A program made the position numbers and the translations under genes. From Bdellovibrionia bacterium (GTDB taxonomy: Bacteria > Bdellovibrionota > UBA1018): a stretch of DNA of 29,412 bases. The DNA lies in contig JBMSSC010000017.1 in the NCBI GenBank assembly GCA_049424145.1, forward strand, positions 1 to 29,412, in the 5' to 3' direction. A model generated the notes under the pieces. That model had not been told where the DNA came from, did not search any database, and was given only the letters and a program-made list of their open reading frames with translations. This document shows positions 26,878 through 29,412 of this stretch, one piece after another (the first letter of the stretch is position 1; the number at the start of each line of letters is the position of its first letter).

Positions 26878-28644
26878 ATGGAAAATCAAGCTCTGAAACA
26901 CTCTTATCGTCGATCTGAACTTTTGGAACAAGCCCGCGAGGCCAAAACCTCCCCGGGGGTTTACCTGATGAAGAGTCAGCAGGGAGGGATTCTCTATGTG
27001 GGTAAGGCAAAGAATCTCAAAAACCGGCTGCTGAGCTACTTTCAGTCCGAGGTCCATGAGATTCCCCGGATTCAGATCCTGGTTTCTCAAATCCAGTCGT
27101 TTGAGGTGATTTTAACGGAGACGGAGGCCGAAGCGCTCATCTTGGAGGCCACCCTCATTAAGCGGTATCGACCCAAGTTCAATATTCGCCTGAAAGACGA
27201 CAAGAGCTATCCGTATTTGAAGATTCAACTGAGTGAAAAAGCACCTCGCCTTCAATGGACCCGGCGGGTTTTAAAAGATGGGGCTCGCTACTTTGGTCCT
27301 TTCCCCTCAGCAAGCTCCGCACGTGAGGTGATGCAACTGTTAACGGAAACCTTCCGGTTGCGCGATTGTTCAGATAATACCTTCTCTCATCGCAGTAGGC
27401 CCTGTCTTTTGCATCAAATGGGCAAGTGCAGTGCTCCTTGTGTGGATCGGGTGGAGCCTGAAGCCTATCGCCACTCCATCTTAGAAGTGGTGGAGATCTT
27501 AGAGGGAAAAGCGGATCCCATCATTGCCAACTTAAAGAAAGCCATGCACCAGGCGTCAGAGGAACAGGAGTACGAACAGGCCGCCTATTACCGAGATCAG
27601 GTCAAAAACCTGGAGCTTGTGACTCAAACTCAGGGCGTGTGTGAGGCTGGGGATTCAAGAAATCGGGATGTCATTGGCCTGGCTCGCTTAGGAGCAGATG
27701 CCCATGGCACTCTGCTTCGGATTCGAATGGGACGTCTTGTGTCGGTTCAACACTACCACCTGCAGAATACGGATCCCTCCATGGCGTTGTCCGAACTTTT
27801 GCAGGAGTTTGTGACTCAAGCCTATTTGGAGTTCAAACAAAAACTCGATCACGCCGAGAGGGAGGGGGCGGAGGAGCAAGTCCCAGCAGGACTTTTGCCT
27901 ATCCAAGTGCTTTTGCCAGAGGCGCCTAGGGATGTCCAGTTATTGGAGCAGGTCCTGGGCTTTGGCGTCAGAACGGCAGAAACTCCCGTCGATGAGCAGC
28001 TGTTAACCGTTGCTCGAACCAATGCTCAGTATGCTTTGGAGCAGAATCAGAAAAAAACTGCGGGACACGGGATTGAGGCCTTAGAAGAGGTCCAAGAAAA
28101 GCTCCATCTGCCGCATTTGCCTCACCGAATTGAGTGTTATGACATTTCCAATTTTCAAGGAGAGGATGCCGTGGCCTCGCGCGTGGTCTTTATTGATGGG
28201 GCTGCCGACAAGAACCTCTACCGTCGCTACAAGATTCAGACGGTCATTGGGGCCAACGACTTTGCCATGATGAAAGAAGTGCTCGCTCGTCGATTTGCAA
28301 AAACGGAGGAGGTCTTGCCCGATTTATTAGTGGTGGATGGAGGAAAGGGCCAGTTGGCCCAAGCGGTTGCAATTTTAGAGGAACTCTCCCTCACGGGTGT
28401 CAGCGTCGTGGGCTTAGCTAAGGCTCGCGTGCAAAGTGATTTTCAGGCTAAAGAAGTCCAATCCTCATTGGAGCGAGTGTTTATCCCCAATCGAAAGAAT
28501 CCCGTGCCCCTGCGATCGCACATGCCGGCTTATCGACTCCTCACTCATATCCGCGATGAGGCCCACCGGTTTGCTGTGAGTTATCATCGGGTGTTAAGAA
28601 AAAAGCGAAGCCTTCGTTCGGAGACCTCAGGCGATGAGGTCTAA
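26878..28644 (+). CDS. uvrC: Excinuclease ABC subunit UvrC lacking the C-terminal (HhH)2 domain
   Basis: GVY...YVGKA (GIY-YIG), Cys-rich C...C...C...C region, UVR motif YEQAAYYRDQ, RNase H-like ECYDIS / VVDGG / DEAHRFA; stops shortly after HRFA. Confidence 0.95.
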   Translation: MENQALKHSYRRSELLEQAREAKTSPGVYLMKSQQGGILYVGKAKNLKNRLLSYFQSEVHEIPRIQILVSQIQSFEVILTETEAEALILEATLIKRYRPKFNIRLKDDKSYPYLKIQLSEKAPRLQWTRRVLKDGARYFGPFPSASSAREVMQLLTETFRLRDCSDNTFSHRSRPCLLHQMGKCSAPCVDRVEPEAYRHSILEVVEILEGKADPIIANLKKAMHQASEEQEYEQAAYYRDQVKNLELVTQTQGVCEAGDSRNRDVIGLARLGADAHGTLLRIRMGRLVSVQHYHLQNTDPSMALSELLQEFVTQAYLEFKQKLDHAEREGAEEQVPAGLLPIQVLLPEAPRDVQLLEQVLGFGVRTAETPVDEQLLTVARTNAQYALEQNQKKTAGHGIEALEEVQEKLHLPHLPHRIECYDISNFQGEDAVASRVVFIDGAADKNLYRRYKIQTVIGANDFAMMKEVLARRFAKTEEVLPDLLVVDGGKGQLAQAVAILEELSLTGVSVVGLAKARVQSDFQAKEVQSSLERVFIPNRKNPVPLRSHMPAYRLLTHIRDEAHRFAVSYHRVLRKKRSLRSETSGDEV

Positions 28645-28682
28645 AAAAAGTTCATCGTTCCTCTGGGGGCGACCCATTTTTT

Positions 28683-29412
28683 CTAGTCTTCTCGTTCGTA
28701 GCTGAGTCCCCACTTCTCAGGGGACTTCCAAAGCGCAGAGAGCAGGAGATCGCGAATCAGAGGGATTTCCTTCGGCAGTCGATCATAAAGCTGATCAAAG
28801 AGGGAGCCCTGCATGTGGAGTTCTGCTTTCCAGGCTTCTCGGTCAATGGTCATGACTTCTGAGAAGCGGCTAGGTGTGATTTCAGCTAAACCCTCCCACA
28901 GGAGATCCTCGTAGCGAGGCGTCCAACCAATGGGAGACTCCAGCGCCGCGGCCTTTCCATGGACGCGCTCTAAGATCCACTTCAGGACTCTCATGTTTTC
29001 TCCAAATCCGGGCCAGATGTAATGGCCTTGGGCGTCCTTTCGAAACCAATTCACGCTAAAAATCTGAGGAGGATGAGACAGGAGGCGTCCGATTTTAAGC
29101 CAGTGATTGAAGTAATCGGCCATGTGGTAGCCACAAAACGGGATCATCGCAAATGGGTCGCGCCTGACTTTTCCCACTTCGCCTAGGGCGGCTGCCGTGG
29201 TTTCGGATCCCACAGTGGCAGCAAGGTACACGCCAAAGTTCCAGTTGAAGGCTTGGTACACCAGAGGAATGGTGTTGGGGCGTCGACCTCCAAAAATAAA
29301 GGCCCGAATGGGCACCCCTTTGGGGTTTTCCCACTCCGGATCAATGCTCGGAACCTGGTGGGCGGGAACTGTGTAGCGGGCGTTGGGGTGGGCTGCTTTT
29401 CGTCCGCACTCA
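28683..29412 (-). CDS. pckG: Phosphoenolpyruvate carboxykinase (GTP), 5' part outside the window
   Basis: Frame is open to the window edge: [35 protein letters not shown]...[14 protein letters not shown]. Confidence 0.95.
   Translation of the reverse strand, partial: ECGRKAAHPNARYTVPAHQVPSIDPEWENPKGVPIRAFIFGGRRPNTIPLVYQAFNWNFGVYLAATVGSETTAAALGEVGKVRRDPFAMIPFCGYHMADYFNHWLKIGRLLSHPPQIFSVNWFRKDAQGHYIWPGFGENMRVLKWILERVHGKAAALESPIGWTPRYEDLLWEGLAEITPSRFSEVMTIDREAWKAELHMQGSLFDQLYDRLPKEIPLIRDLLLSALWKSPEKWGLSYERED

Noticed and set aside
28622..28649. Hairpin AGACCTCA-N5-TGAGGTCT at the uvrC end as an intrinsic terminator
   Set aside because: The A-run follows the stem on the plus strand, so neither strand has a U-tract 3' of the hairpin.
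1..29412. CRISPR arrays, tRNA/rRNA genes, IS elements, prophage or defence genes
   Set aside because: No regularly spaced repeats, cloverleaf motifs, transposase/integrase or phage-like ORFs recognised by eye; tRNAscan, Infernal and repeat finders were not run.

Overview
Bacterial chromosomal core region, roughly 50% GC by eye. Gene content and order suggest a Bdellovibrionota/Myxococcota-type (former deltaproteobacterial) genome; this is inference. The left 11.8 kb is a minus-strand type II secretion operon, gspC-D-E-F-G-H-I-J-K-L. gspL runs off the window and is missing from the ORF track, and gspD is split by a single -1 frameshift near 8475. Divergent from the operon come an ACAD9/VLCAD-like acyl-CoA dehydrogenase, carD/cdnL, gltX and cysS. 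These are followed by an opposite-strand lipase, uvrB, a YyaL/SSP411-type thioredoxin-domain protein, a 990-aa hypothetical protein with C-terminal HEAT-like repeats, a 147-aa zinc-ribbon/Tudor-like protein head-to-head with uvrC, and the 3' end of a GTP-dependent PEP carboxykinase. The most interesting observation is that UvrC lacks its C-terminal helix-hairpin-helix domain and shares a 51-bp divergent spacer with a stand-alone protein resembling the RNA-polymerase/UvrB-binding Tudor domain of UvrD/PcrA and CarD. This hints at a variant repair-transcription coupling module, but it is only a hypothesis. No tRNA, rRNA, CRISPR array or mobile element was recognised.
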